A stretch of DNA of 32,000 bases from Trichodesmium erythraeum IMS101 (lineage in GTDB: Bacteria; Cyanobacteriota; Cyanobacteriia; Cyanobacteriales; Microcoleaceae): assembly GCF_000014265.1 (NCBI RefSeq), contig NC_008312.1, forward strand, positions 60,001 through 92,000, given 5' to 3'. The notes beneath the pieces were generated by a model. It was not told the DNA's origin. It saw only the letters and a list, made by a program, of their open reading frames with translations, and searched no databases. Both the position numbers and the translations under genes were made by a program. Each line of letters opens with the position of its first letter. The first letter of the stretch is position 1. Positions 1 to 11,134 of this stretch are shown here, piece after piece.

Positions 1-390
1 CCATAGCTTTGGAAACCTTCCGGGTTTTGCAATTCTGCTTCTAATTTCTCGATTACATTTGGTGGAATTGAACTTGGCCTCCCTCCTAGATTTTTCTTTG
101 GTTCTAGTAAAAGATTCAGTCCACCTGTACGATATTTCCCTAACCATTTTTGTACTGTGACTCGATTGCGTCCTAACATTATCGCAATTTCTTTTACTGT
201 TTCTACTGTTTGAGTTTTCAACCAGTAAATAGTTTGAAGTCTTTCCTTTTCTTGAGCTGTACTCGCACTTTTTAAAAGTTTTTTGAGAGTTTCTACCGAT
301 TCATTTATCTCAATTTTTACTACTCCTGACATGGGGACATTTTCTATAATAGGTTACTTCTAAAAGTGTAGCTTAAGTTTATGAAATTAG
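1..390 (-). mobile_element. IS630-family insertion sequence, partial copy cut by the window edge (orfA/HTH end)
   Basis: Bases 1-390 read identical (by eye) to 15399-15788, the orfA end of the complete element at 14650-15788. The orfA start codon (CAT on the + strand) is at 330-332. A TA dinucleotide follows at 391-392. Confidence 0.85.
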
Positions 391-394
391 TATT

Positions 395-643
395 AGATAA
401 ACATTTATGACCATCATTAAAAATTCCCAGTGTACTGCTGCACGGATAATTCACCATTAATTACGAAAAAAAGTTATTATAGAATTAGTAGAAGCAGGGG
501 GTCACCAATTACTATTTTTGCCAAAATACTCTCCTGATTTAAATGACTAAGAACATGATTTTAGTGCATTAAAAAGAGCTAGAATGTATTCACCTATCAA
601 TACATCTCTTGATAAAATTATTCGTAATTATTGCGCCAGATAG
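395..643 (+). pseudogene. C-terminal remnant of a second IS630/Tc1-mariner-type DDE transposase
   Basis: Translation reads ...AGGHQLLFLPKYSPDLND*EHDFSALKRARMYSPINTSLDKIIRNYCAR*. The YSPDLNP-IE-type catalytic-core motif is broken by an in-frame stop. A ~105-bp copy at about 90% similarity lies at 5385-5489 on the - strand. The IS630 copy at 1-390 abuts it. Confidence 0.6.
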
Positions 644-1259
644 TGTCTCATTCTTATTTAAAAGAACTATATCTGAAGCATTAAACTTTCTAAACCATGA
701 AATAATACTTAGTTTTTCCATTCGCTTTCTAAACTGCTGAGTTACATTTAATAATTATTTGTTTTCATGGCATAATTTTTTATGAAAAGATCATTTTTAC
801 TGCCAAGGCTATTTTAATTTCAAGGCTATTTTAATTTCTTTGAGCTCTTTTTTTTGATTAATAAAATCATCTAGTTCATCTATAATTTTCCTTTGTTTTC
901 TTTTTCTTATACCTGTTATTTTTACTATTATATCTGTTGCAACCAATATGGGATTGCTATATTTTTATGGGACCAAAATGTCTTGCATAAAAGGTTAAAA
1001 AATAATGTTACAAATAATCAGGGGGATAAATCAAGAGGACTTAATCAGATTTCCCTTTCACTAAAAAAGGATATTCAAACCTTTATGATGATTTTTAATG
1101 CTAGGGGAGAAAAAATAATGCTTAACCTGGATGAAACTTCAATTATTAAGAATTAACACTCTACTAATAGCTTTTTTTAATAATTAGTATCCCAAAAGAA
1201 TGTTGATTTTATAAATATTGTACGGGTTACCCTTACTGAAGAAAATGTAACAAATATTG

Positions 1260-2017
1260 GCGTTGCTGAATTATGGAATGAATCTGATTGAAACGGAAAC
1301 ATCCTGAAAATGTAGCTAGTGAATCAACAACCAAATATCATACCCCTGCATGTCCAGAGATTTAAAATAATATAATGTTTTTCGGTACAATCAGGCCAAG
1401 TAGTGTCGCAAACGCATATTTTCCCCTTCCACTCTAGTCCTGTAGGTCTTGATCAAGATTTGGTCTCGATCAGGAATAAACTGAGGGTAGACTTTATAGC
1501 GATCTTTGAGATAGAACAAGCAAGGCCATTGTCCAACTCTTGACCATAGGGAAGGGTCGGTTCAGTCACTATAGCCACCCAGCACCCAATCCAAAATTCC
1601 AGCCTTAAAATGGTTTATAGCCATCCAAACCCAGACTTTTTTTTTGAGCCTACAAAAGTTTGTAGTTCATCGAGTTCTCCTAGCTCTGGAACTGTGCCTT
1701 GTTCATAAGCATCAGGTAACTGATTACCCATCTGCAGTACTCAGCCAATCACAGTAGTGTGATATACCTTTGTGATTTCCTAAATCCCTCGAAAGCTCAT
1801 GCCATTCACAGATATCTTCAGGCAAGTTCGACCAACTTCATCGCTTTAACTTTTGTGAAGCTTAGGGTTGCCTACAAACTGGCAAGAAAAACTGACACAG
1901 ATATGATTTTTGTTTACCTGGTCTAATGCCATTTGGTATTCTGGACTTTATTGTATAGGAGAATCTTGAATCATTTACTCTTATATTTTGTGATTCATCC
2001 CCTATTTCAGTAACGCC
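1260..2017 (-). mobile_element. IS1-family element, degraded (multiple stops and frameshifts)
   Basis: Minus-strand translation gives IS1 InsA/InsB-like blocks: CLKISVNGMSFRGI, ELDELQTFVGSKKK and KTYRTRVEGENMRLRHYLA. Imperfect terminal inverted repeats are GCGTTGCTGAATTATGGAATGAATC at 1260 and a partner ending at 2017. The same family occurs at 27820-28654 and 29456-31868. Confidence 0.75.
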
Positions 2018-2189
2018 GAATTATTTGTATAATATTTAATGCTAGTCTAAATAATTCAAATGTCGTTGCACAGTGACAAATGATTAGGAATATTGAGGAA
2101 TGTGCTGATTTTTCAAATAATAGATAAGCAAAAAAATTGACTTGCATAACATGTCAATTGACTTGGAGTAGCATAAAGTTTTACTATGT

Positions 2190-2690
2190 AAGCTGGCTAA
2201 GTATTGTCAATTACGGTAGTTTTCTCCTTATACTCAGGTCATAGCTGTTTTACTGACCTTGCGCTCGCAATTCTCAATTAAGTAAGGATAAACGTTGTAG
2301 CCATAAGTAATATAAAGAAAACAAGCCCAATCTTGAATCATCTGCCACAATATTGTGAAAGTAACGGTCCAGCGATCGCCTATCACAAACTTAAGAATTC
2401 CTGACATTTGGCTATTTACGACCGTCCAAACCCAAAGTTGTTTTTTTTTGAGCGGATAAAAGTCTATAGTTCATCTATTTGAGTAGTTTCAGGATATCAA
2501 AGTTTTCTTCAAGAATCTGTGTCCCAGCAAGTCGTAACCAGTTAAGCACTGTCCAACAGAGAAATACCAGTCACTTTCTCAATAGCTCGGAATGCCATGC
2601 CGTTAAGGGACATTTTGACACACAGCTCTTTAATATCAGAACTGTAGCCCATAATGTTATGACTCCTGAGTAAAGCCTCCTGACTCAATA
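2190..2690 (-). pseudogene. IS1-family transposase remnant (different subtype, N-terminally truncated)
   Basis: Minus-strand translation reads GYSSDIKELCVKMSLNGMAFRAIEKVTGIS ... PETTQIDEL.TFIRSKKN and is then frameshifted. The listed + strand ORF 2479..2673 is its antisense shadow. The boundaries are approximate. Confidence 0.6.
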
Positions 2691-2890
2691 GTGGTCGCCT
2701 AAATTATCAGTAAAATATTAATTTTCACCTTAGCTATACTAGCCTACACTTCAATTAGGAAAGTATAGGCTTTGATTAAATATAGGGTCGCTATTGCTAT
2801 TACCATTACTAGCGTAGACTTTCTCAGGCCTCTCAAACTTAGTCACAGCAACAATTTAATTGTTGACTTCTGACTTTAGTTATGGCTTTT

Positions 2891-2936
2891 CTAAGTAAAT
2901 ATACTTAAAATCCGACGAAAAAGTATATTTACTTAG
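2891..2936 (-). terminator. 16-bp-stem hairpin distal to the DUF2103-like gene and its 3' repeat array
   Basis: CTAAGTAAATATACTT (2891-2906) pairs with AAGTATATTTACTTAG (2921-2936), a perfect inverted repeat around a 14-nt loop. On the - strand transcript an A-rich rather than U-rich tract follows, so terminator function is uncertain. Confidence 0.4.
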
Positions 2937-3190
2937 CTAAAACTTAAGCAATTACCTTTTCTAAGTTTTCTTGAGTTAAGCTCATTAAAACAAATACTTT
3001 TTAATAGGACAATGGAGTATATTTACTTGGCCAAGACTTGAGTGATTACCTTCTCTAAGTTTTCTTGAGTTAAGCTCGTTAAAATAAATACTTCTTAATA
3101 GGACAATGGAGTATATTTACTTGGCCAAGACTTGAGTGATTAACTTTTCTAAGTCTTCTTGAGTTAAGCTCGTTAAAATAAATACTTCTT
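2924..3190. repeat. 94-bp tandem repeat, about 2.8 copies, made of the 3' end of the adjacent CDS plus ~20 nt of downstream sequence
   Basis: Units start at 2924, 3018 and 3112 (period 94). The third unit is the authentic 3' end of CDS 3117..3416. The two distal units keep recognisable ...EVFILTSLTQE(D/N)LEK(L/V)ITQVLAK*-coding sequence with a few substitutions. Confidence 0.9.
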
Positions 3191-3416
3191 GAACTGTCTT
3201 TCCTTGTCTGGCAATAAGTTTAAAACCACCACGAATAGGCACTGATATTTTTAGCTTTATGTGGGGAATATGACTTTTGGATCTGCCGATAACCCCTGGA
3301 GTAACAGTTTCAATACCCTTATGTTGGGTTAATTTATCTAAAATTCGTATTAAGCCTTCAATATGGGTTGAATGATTCCAAACCAGACGACCTTTAGATT
3401 TAGATGATTTTCTCAT
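3117..3416 (-). CDS. small conserved hypothetical protein (resembles the DUF2103 family as I remember it)
   Basis: 99-aa ORF with non-repetitive, balanced composition (WNHSTHIEGL..., TPGVIGRS..., SVPIRGGFKLIARQGKTVQEVF). The family assignment is from memory only. Confidence 0.7.
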   Translation of the reverse strand: MRKSSKSKGRLVWNHSTHIEGLIRILDKLTQHKGIETVTPGVIGRSKSHIPHIKLKISVPIRGGFKLIARQGKTVQEVFILTSLTQEDLEKLITQVLAK

Positions 3417-4427
3417 CGGATTTTCTCCTTCTCTACATACCTAGTTTAATCTAGGGTTTGCTGAAAAAGCTGAAGAGTGAGGGCAGAAAATGGGCAATAG
3501 TTGCAGCAGATTAACTTTTTCCACTCAGATCAAGGAAAATCTAAAGTGGCCATATTAATTTATTAATTTTTTGTCGCTTTTCTCAAAGTAATATCAAGTC
3601 TGATTACGGGGCGATAACTACTTCAAAACCATTGTGGGATAAAAAAATCAGGATAAATGCATAGGAATAAAATCATTTTTTTTTGTTTTTAATAATAATA
3701 ATTATTTATATGAAAAGGGGTACATTTCCTCAACATAGATAACCATTATGACTTCATTTAAATTCATTTTTATGTCAATTATTAATACTAGCTAATTGTT
3801 GGTTTTTATATGATTTGAATACTTACTTATTACTCAGTTTATTTTTATCTATTATATTTGTTGCTAATATAAATATCCTTACTTTCATTTTTTCCGTAAC
3901 TATAACTTCTTCTTTTGTTTCTATTTCACTTTTTACTTGATATTTTATTTCAACTTAAAAAAATCATAATTATAAAATCTACTTTAATCTCTGCGGAATC
4001 TGGGTTAGGATTAAGATTTTTTTAATTAACTGAAATTAAATTTTCTGACGGCTATTTTGTTGAAAAATCAATCAATAAAATTTGATAGTGCGGGTGAGCA
4101 AAGCAACATTTTTGCTAAGAATAATTATCATTTTTAGGCGAACCGTAAGTTTATAAAAGAGTGAATCTTCTTTAAAACTTTTCTTTAAAACCTTATCTAG
4201 TAATAGTTTTGAGGTGCTTATAAACCCGTGTTCTTACGTACTTATTTTTAGTCCAAGAGACATAGAAATAAAGTGTTTTTTAGCTATCAAATAAAACAGG
4301 ACTTCTTTGAAGATATTGTAGAAAAGTCCGACTTTAGAAGTTCGGTTGCACTGACTAGAGTAATTCCAAAATATCTTGTTAATATATAACTAATCTTAAA
4401 TAGTTGTATTTATTGGAGGTAAATATT

Positions 4428-4763
4428 ATGAATAATATTCCCGGCAGTCCTTCCAAAAATTTTTTCAGTCAATCAAATAGTAGTAATTTACTATGGCAAT
4501 ATGTTCAATCTATGAATCCAGAAACTGTTGCTCAACTTTCTAAGCCAGCTCCAGAAGTAGCTCAAATTATGGAACAAAATTTAAGAGGAATTTTGGGGAA
4601 TTTGCCACCTGAAAATTTTTCTATGGCAATAACTACAAGTCGAGAAAACCTTGGTCAACTTCTAGCTTCTGCAATGATGAGCGGTTATTTTTTAAATCAA
4701 GCTAAACAAAGAATGGAACTTGAAAATCTGTCGATTCCTTTCACAAACGATAAAAATGAATAA
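4428..4763 (+). CDS. DUF760-family protein (conserved in cyanobacteria and plastid-bearing lineages)
   Basis: LWQYVQSM.PETVAQLSKP..EVAQIMEQNL.GILGNLPPENF...ITTSRENLGQLLASAMMSGYFL matches the DUF760 pattern. An ATG at 4428 lies 8 nt after a GGAGG, so I prefer it to the TTG at 4404 used by the ORF track. Confidence 0.85.
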   Translation: MNNIPGSPSKNFFSQSNSSNLLWQYVQSMNPETVAQLSKPAPEVAQIMEQNLRGILGNLPPENFSMAITTSRENLGQLLASAMMSGYFLNQAKQRMELENLSIPFTNDKNE

Positions 4764-5384
4764 GTATTCAACTTAAGATAATAATTATTCTGATTTTATG
4801 TTGTAATATTTTAGTATAAATAGATAAATAGATAATTAGTTTTTCTAGATTCAAAGCTTTGTTTTTTTTCTAGTTGACTAAGAACAATAGTATAAATATA
4901 TAGAGTAGGGATAGGTTTAACTGTCAAAATAGAAATTATTATTCATCTATTATTACCTATCCCAGTAAATTTTTGTGAATTAATACTATTTTTTGATTAT
5001 CACAACATTTCTAATGCTTACTTTAATTGTTTATAGAATTAAAATATTGCTGGAAAAATTGATTAACTTATCCCCAAATTCTTGGTTCGTTGGCATAACA
5101 TTCCCTACAGTATGGTCACTATCAATATGTATTAACTCTACCCAAGGGGGTTTAGCTACAAATTATTAGCTATTTTGAATAGGAATTACATAATTATTTA
5201 AACCATGAAAAACTCAAACTTGCAAAGAACGTTAGATTTTTTTCCTGATAAATGCATAACCAAAATTATTTACCTATTTTAATTAAAACTTGTTTCTGGA
5301 AGTTTTATAGGTAAGACTAGAAGGTAGGTCGGCAAGATTAAATTGAGGGAATATGAGGTATAGATATAGTCATTTTCAATAAGA

Positions 5385-6275
5385 ATGAGATACTATTTGG
5401 CACAATAATTACGAATAATTTCATTAAGAGATGTGTTTATAGGTGAATATATTCTAGCTTCTTTTAATGCACTAAAATCATGTTCTATCTGAATATTCCC
5501 CACTGATTTATGTCTCTCTTCAGGAAAAACAAGCTCGTAAGCTGACCCAAAATCTGTATAACAAACTGCACACGACCTTAAGACACCGTGGGTTAGAATT
5601 CCATAATCTATGCTGCCCCTTTTTCTCCTCTTTCCCCTAAGTAGAAACCCACAATTTCTTTAGTTTCTATATCAATCGCTAACCACAGCCATTGTTTATT
5701 ATTTTTATTGCCTACAAATGAGCACATTTAATCACATTGAATAGTGATTTTACCGGTTTTTTTTAGTACATTTAATAGAGCGTGAAACCTCAGCATACTT
5801 ATTATTGACGTAATTCTGGATCCATTTTTTGACACGCCTGTTACACAGATTATACCAGCAAAACTAATTTTTTCTCTATTTTAATTTATCAATCAGTTCT
5901 TGGGTTTAATTACTAATATAATCTATTTGACTATTTTCGACAAATTGTCTCTGACAATTTTGACATTGATATTTTTGTTTTTTATTGTGAATAGTCCCAT
6001 TTTTGACAATATGATTACTGCCACAACTAGGACAGATTAATTTATGAATGGAAATCTGAAATATATAGATTTTTTCTTATTACTGTTATAGATAATAGCA
6101 TACTTTTTTCATGATAGTTGAGCTTAATTCCTGATAGTTTGATGACTAATTATTATGTAGCGATAGCCCAGATAAAAATTTTAAATTATTAAGCCCAAAA
6201 AACTTAATCTTTTCAAGATTAATGTCAATAAATAATCATTTATATTGGCTTATCACTACATATACAGGACCACCC
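5385..6275 (-). mobile_element. IS1-family element (zinc-finger InsA subtype), degraded and 3'-truncated, abutting a ~105-bp IS630-type remnant (5385-5489)
   Basis: Its minus strand aligns by eye with 14134-14647 (same left end GGGTGGTCCTGTATATGTAGTGATAAGCC, ending at 6275). It continues into ...FVGNKNNKQWLWLAIDIETKEIVGFYLGERGEK... with stops. The start ATG of the InsA-like ORF is mutated (ATT). Confidence 0.75.
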
Positions 6276-6564
6276 CTATTTTTACGCAAGTTTCTTAAAC
6301 ATTCTTTTTGTAAATTGTTATAACCATGTACGGACGTTGCATACAATATCCTGTTCTTTGTGCTCTATAATAATTATGAAAAGCCTTGTAAGTAGGGCTT
6401 GCTAATTACAAAGCATGTACTAATATTGGTGTTTAGCTTTTATGGATAGACAAAAGTGCCGATTTTCCGGTCTAAAAAGCTCAAAACAAACCTATACCTA
6501 GTTCAAAACGTAATATAAAAAATCATCTCACTTCTGACTTTTGATTTTTAAGTTATGCTCGAAA

Positions 6565-7806
6565 TTAGGTAGTGTATTCAGCATTAATCTTTACATAATC
6601 ATAACTAAGATCACATCCCCAAGCTTTACCACTACCAACACCGTCCCCAACTTTGACAGTGATTAATACAGTATCATCTAAGAGATATTTTCCAGCTGCC
6701 CTTTGCTTAAGATATTCCCTAGCAGCAGCTAGGTCAAAATCTAAGGGTTGCCCATTCTCCATTAGCAAAATATCTCCCAACTTTACCTGTAACTCCTTGT
6801 GATCAAATTTAACTCCGGCGCGACCCGCAGCGGCAGCTATCCTTCCCCAATTAGGGTCGCGACCAAAAATAGCTGATTTCACCAGAGAAGATCCAGCAAT
6901 AGTTTTGGCAATTTTATTGGCAGATACTTCATTAGATGTTCCAGTAACTTGAACTTCTATCAGACAAGTTGCCCCCTCCCCATCCCGAGCTATCGCTTTG
7001 GCTAAATAAATACAAACCTCTGTTAACATTGCCTCCAACTTTTTTGCCTCTGCTCCCATATTAGTAATAGCAGATGTGCGAGACTGACCATTTGCCAGAG
7101 CAATAACTGTATCATTGGTACTGGTATCCCCATCAACAGTAATTTGATTGAAACTACGATTAACTGCTGTAGTTAACATGTCTTGCCATAATTGAGGAGA
7201 AACTGCTGCATCACAGGTAATAAATGACAGCATTGTTGCCATATTAGGATGGATCATACCAGAACCTTTAGCAATACCACCAATACGAACCACGCGATCG
7301 CCCATTAGAGTTTCTAGAGCTATTGACTTTGTAACTAAATCTGTCGTGACAATAGCTTTTGCTGCTGCTTCCCCTCCTTCTTGAGAAACTGTAGACACTA
7401 ATTTGGGAATAGCTGCTTTGAGAGCATCCATTTTAATTCGTTGACCAATGACTCCAGTGGAAGCTAGTAAAATTAACTCTGGAGAAATATTTAGCGCTTT
7501 ACCCAATTCTTTAGCACTTTCCACAGCATCCTGCCAACCTAAATCTCCTGTAGCAGCATTTGCTTGGCCAGCATTACACAAAATTGCTCTAGCACTTGGT
7601 TTATTCTCCAAACATTGGCGACAATAGTCCACACAAGCAGCTCTGACTTGAGTTGTTGTAAAGACTCCAGCAGCAATAGCATCTACGTTTGATAAAATCA
7701 AAGCCAAATCTTCTGCCCCAGAAGGTTTTAACCCCGCAGTTATTCCCGTTGCTTGATATCCTTTGGGAGCTGTTACTCCACCAGTTATTACTTGCCAGTC
7801 TGACAT
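6565..7806 (-). CDS. argJ: bifunctional ornithine acetyltransferase / N-acetylglutamate synthase ArgJ
   Basis: 413 aa with a full-length ArgJ pattern, including the autoproteolytic site region GMIHPNMATMLSFITCDA and the C-terminal WGCDLSYDYVKINAEYTT. Confidence 0.95.
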   Translation of the reverse strand: MSDWQVITGGVTAPKGYQATGITAGLKPSGAEDLALILSNVDAIAAGVFTTTQVRAACVDYCRQCLENKPSARAILCNAGQANAATGDLGWQDAVESAKELGKALNISPELILLASTGVIGQRIKMDALKAAIPKLVSTVSQEGGEAAAKAIVTTDLVTKSIALETLMGDRVVRIGGIAKGSGMIHPNMATMLSFITCDAAVSPQLWQDMLTTAVNRSFNQITVDGDTSTNDTVIALANGQSRTSAITNMGAEAKKLEAMLTEVCIYLAKAIARDGEGATCLIEVQVTGTSNEVSANKIAKTIAGSSLVKSAIFGRDPNWGRIAAAAGRAGVKFDHKELQVKLGDILLMENGQPLDFDLAAAREYLKQRAAGKYLLDDTVLITVKVGDGVGSGKAWGCDLSYDYVKINAEYTT

Positions 7807-8089
7807 TTTTTTCCCTTTATTAGATAATTATGAATGGTGATTATACTAATTACTTAGGAGATACTTATTTAAACTTCATCATAAATCTAGATTTTTGGGA
7901 TGGAGAAGCTTTGTTATTGGTATCTACACATTTTTAGGTTGACAAATCTCTGAAATTAAGTCTATAGAAGCAAATTCTATTAAACCCGGTAGTAATGGTT
8001 AAATTTTTAAGTGTTTTATATTTTGTTGTTCAAGCGATCGCTATATAGATTAACTTTTAAAAGTTAATACTATTGCCTAAGTCCTGATA

Positions 8090-8561
8090 TTTGCGCTCCC
8101 AAGCTACTAATGATGCTACGATGTAATAAGGTGTTGGCGCCCTTACCACTATTATGAGTAACCCATTAGCTGATAAGTTTAGCCCTGCCTGCTTCTTGCC
8201 AATATTCTAAAGATACCTGTAATATGTAGACAACAAAGGCGACATAAGTTTTTTTCCCGTAATTCTCAATTTTTTGACAGCATCCCTTACATTCTGCTGG
8301 GTTACTTCTTCTCCCCACAACTTGGCTATCTGTTCTTGGGCTTTGTGCCCATTCTGCTCCATAAACTCTCGGATTTTTTCCAGGTCTTTAATTGTATGTT
8401 GCCCTCCTTTGATAAACCCGGGATTTTAACTTGTTATTCTCCCTCTTCTTTTCGGCACTTGAGCCAGGCACTACTAAGTATTTATACTCATACCGGACGA
8501 CTTACTTCCCTCTGACTTTGTCTCTTGTCGACAGCCTCAAATAATTTTGGTTATAAATCAT
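8090..8561 (-). pseudogene. IS630-family transposase N-terminal remnant
   Basis: Minus-strand translation from the ATG at 8561 reads MIYNQNYLRLSTRDKV..., then ...KPGFIKGGQHTIKDLEKIREFMEQNGHKAQEQIAKLWGEEVTQQNVRDAVKKLRITGKKTY... with stops and frameshifts. The catalytic half is missing. Confidence 0.6.
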
Positions 8562-8746
8562 GGCTATAAGTTACTGGCCTGGGGTATCTATCGGCTTATC
8601 TACTCTGTATTATGTATCTACTTACTCTACCTTATAATGACTATCTCACCGAGCTAGCGCCATCTCCAGTCTAGAAATCAGGTGCATGCCTGGGTAAGTC
8701 CTAATTACTTTATTATTTTTGATTTTTAACTTTTGATATAAGAAAG

Positions 8747-10330
8747 TTACCTGTAAACCCGATAGTTGACTTGAGGAAATATATTATCGATCGCCTCAAC
8801 CTTTTCCAACCAACCAGAGTCAATCTTTCCCTGTAGAATATCTTCATAGAGCTTGTTAAAACGCATCAAATGTGATCGTGTCCTCCGCACAGCATAAGAA
8901 ACCATAGTACCCGTACTCATAATAAATGCCCAGTCTGAAGATTGAGCCAGCAATAATTCTCGGCCTGCCTGATTTAAAGCCTTTAATACCAATTCATCTT
9001 GTGCTTCGTATTGTGCCAATTCAATCATCCGTTCTGTGGCCTTATGCAAATGAGGATAAATCCAAGAATTAGTATGATTAAGCCAATATTCATGAAAACC
9101 CTTATATCCCCAACTAGACTGGGCTGGAAGACAAACTTGATGTTCAGGATGTTTCTGTAAATAATCTGCCAAATGAGTCATCCGATAAGTGCTTTGGTCA
9201 TACCAAGTTTTGCGGAATAAGAAATCCAAAAACCAAGGCCCTTCATACCACCAGTGACCAAACAACTCAGCATCGTAGGGAGAAACAATTATCGGGAGTT
9301 GCTCCATAATTTGATATAAGTGCTCAACCTGACGCTCCCTATTAAACATAAAATTACCAGCGTGTTCTGCTGCTTTTTCTCTGGCCCAGTATGGGTCGTA
9401 AAGTTGTTTATCTCCTAATCCCAGACCACGACCTGTAATTTTATGGTACTTAATGCCAGTATTCTTGCGCTGGCCATCAGGCATAATATAAGGCTTAATA
9501 TATTCATATTCTGCTTCCCAACCCAAATCCTTATAAAATTCTCTATATTCTGAGTCTCCTGGATATCCTACTTGGGAAGACCATACTTGTTGAGAAGATT
9601 CATGGTCTCTAGAAAAAACGGCAACTCCTGTTTCTGTAAAAATAGGAGCATAACTCCCATATCTGGGGCGAGGTCTAGCGTAGAGTACACCATGGCTATC
9701 TGTTAAGAAATAACGTATACCAGCATCTGCCAGTAATCGCTCTAGACCTTGATAATAAGCACATTCTGGCACCCAAATACCTGTGGGGCGACGACCAAAG
9801 TTTTCTTCATAATGTTGACAAGCAACTTCTATTTGGGCCCATACTGCCTGTGGATACATTTTCATTAATGGAAAGTAGCCATGGGTAGCTCCACAGGTCA
9901 TAATTTCTAGGTTGTTGCTGTCTTGAAACTGCTTAAATGCAGTAATTAAGTCACCGTCATAACGTTCCCAAAGTTTCCGAACATTATTGAAATGGGTAAC
10001 GTAATGTTCTGCCAGGTAGCGAAGATGACCATTGTGGATATTGTGGTCAATTTCTTTATCTGCTAATTCTTGGAGTAAGGTTAAGTGATGTTCATAGCGG
10101 CCTTGTAGCAGGGGGTCTCGTAGCATGGACACCAAGGTTGGTGTCAAACTCATGGTTAATTTAAAATTTATACCATCTCGCTTTAACCCCTCAAACATTT
10201 GGATTAGGGGGACATAAGTTTCTGTAATTGCTTCAAATAGCCACTCTTCTTCTAAAACATAATCCCTTTCTGGATGTCGCACAAAAGGGAGATGGGCATG
10301 AAGCACAAAGGAAAGATAGCCAATAGCCAT
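8747..10330 (-). CDS. glycoside hydrolase family 57 protein (1,4-alpha-glucan branching enzyme type)
   Basis: 527 aa. The N-terminus MAIGYLSFVLHAHLPFVRHPE, then ...GHWWYEGPWFLD and a C-terminal DUF1957-like region, are characteristic of cyanobacterial GH57 enzymes. Confidence 0.9.
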   Translation of the reverse strand: MAIGYLSFVLHAHLPFVRHPERDYVLEEEWLFEAITETYVPLIQMFEGLKRDGINFKLTMSLTPTLVSMLRDPLLQGRYEHHLTLLQELADKEIDHNIHNGHLRYLAEHYVTHFNNVRKLWERYDGDLITAFKQFQDSNNLEIMTCGATHGYFPLMKMYPQAVWAQIEVACQHYEENFGRRPTGIWVPECAYYQGLERLLADAGIRYFLTDSHGVLYARPRPRYGSYAPIFTETGVAVFSRDHESSQQVWSSQVGYPGDSEYREFYKDLGWEAEYEYIKPYIMPDGQRKNTGIKYHKITGRGLGLGDKQLYDPYWAREKAAEHAGNFMFNRERQVEHLYQIMEQLPIIVSPYDAELFGHWWYEGPWFLDFLFRKTWYDQSTYRMTHLADYLQKHPEHQVCLPAQSSWGYKGFHEYWLNHTNSWIYPHLHKATERMIELAQYEAQDELVLKALNQAGRELLLAQSSDWAFIMSTGTMVSYAVRRTRSHLMRFNKLYEDILQGKIDSGWLEKVEAIDNIFPQVNYRVYR

Positions 10331-11134
10331 AGTATCTTAATAATTAATGAACTAAAATCTAAATTGAAAAGAATTATAATATTTCCTTCGATTTTATTTA
10401 AGATTTTGACATCCTCCCCGGCCTGAAAGGACAGGGACTCCTACTGAGCCGAAGCTCCTCGGTGGATTGCCCAACTGCGACAATAATACTATAGGTTGTG
10501 TCTTCTTGCTTAATTAATTAAAGGGTCTAGACAATAATATGAATGTGGGTAAAGTTAGGATACCATGCTAACTTTTGTAAAGTAATATGATGGCTATAGA
10601 TTAACCAAACTGAATATCAGCGACTGATTTCCTGAGGCCAGTATATTGAAGAAAACTTCAATTATTGATGACAAATGACTTTATTTTAGTGCCGCTAGTT
10701 CATTTATCCTTTTTGGACACATCACAGAATAATAGAATATAATTGTAGGCAATTTCTTGCTGATCTGAAGTTTTTTTTATGGCTGGCCCTACGTTTATAC
10801 GGTCTGTTTAAATTCTTCTGGCTTTCACCTTTAAATGCCTGTAGATCAGTAAGTACGGATGTTCTTAGCTGAAGTGGGAAGTAAACATGAAAATTTTACT
10901 TCTTATGACGTTTTATGTCGGTTTTATGAAGCAGAATATAAGGCTAAGACTTATATACTTAACCAAAAGTGAGCTGTTGGTCAGCTCAATAACTTCTGAA
11001 CTGAGTGAATTAAGATGATGATCAAAATTGAAATTCAAGGCCAAGATGCTGTCCTAGCTACTGAGGAAATGCTAGCAATTAATGGACTCCAAGGTAGCTA
11101 TTAAACAATTAACGAGGTTGAGAGAGAAGGAGTA

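Noticed and set aside
893-1156. 87-aa ORF from the track
   Set aside because: It is extremely AT-rich and low-complexity (YYYICC, runs of N/K/I), has no RBS and lies in debris between IS remnants. There is no recognisable family.
2479-2673. 64-aa + strand ORF
   Set aside because: It is the antisense shadow of the IS1-family remnant, whose - strand translation gives clear transposase motifs.
5040-5240. Possible class I SAM-methyltransferase (Methyltransf_24-like) gene fragment on the - strand (…PPWVELIHIDSDHTVGNVMPTNQEFGDKLINF…)
   Set aside because: Only about 40 residues resemble the xDLxHIDGDHSYE motif region. That is too short and degenerate to support a call without a database search.
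10395-10470. GC-rich patch (CCTCCCCGGCCTGAAAGGACAGGGACTCC…) whose - strand translation (…AVGQSTEELRLSRSPCPFRPGRMSKS*) recalled the C-terminal/3' end of IS605-family TnpB genes
   Set aside because: The resemblance is from memory and covers fewer than 30 codons. There is no upstream TnpB-like sequence. It could equally be an unrelated short dispersed repeat.
10887-11018. 43-codon ORF (MKILLLMTFYVGFMKQN…) overlapping the next ATG by ATGA
   Set aside because: It is not listed as a feature because it is short, has no convincing RBS and has no recognisable family. It is mentioned only as context in the CHAT-module finding.
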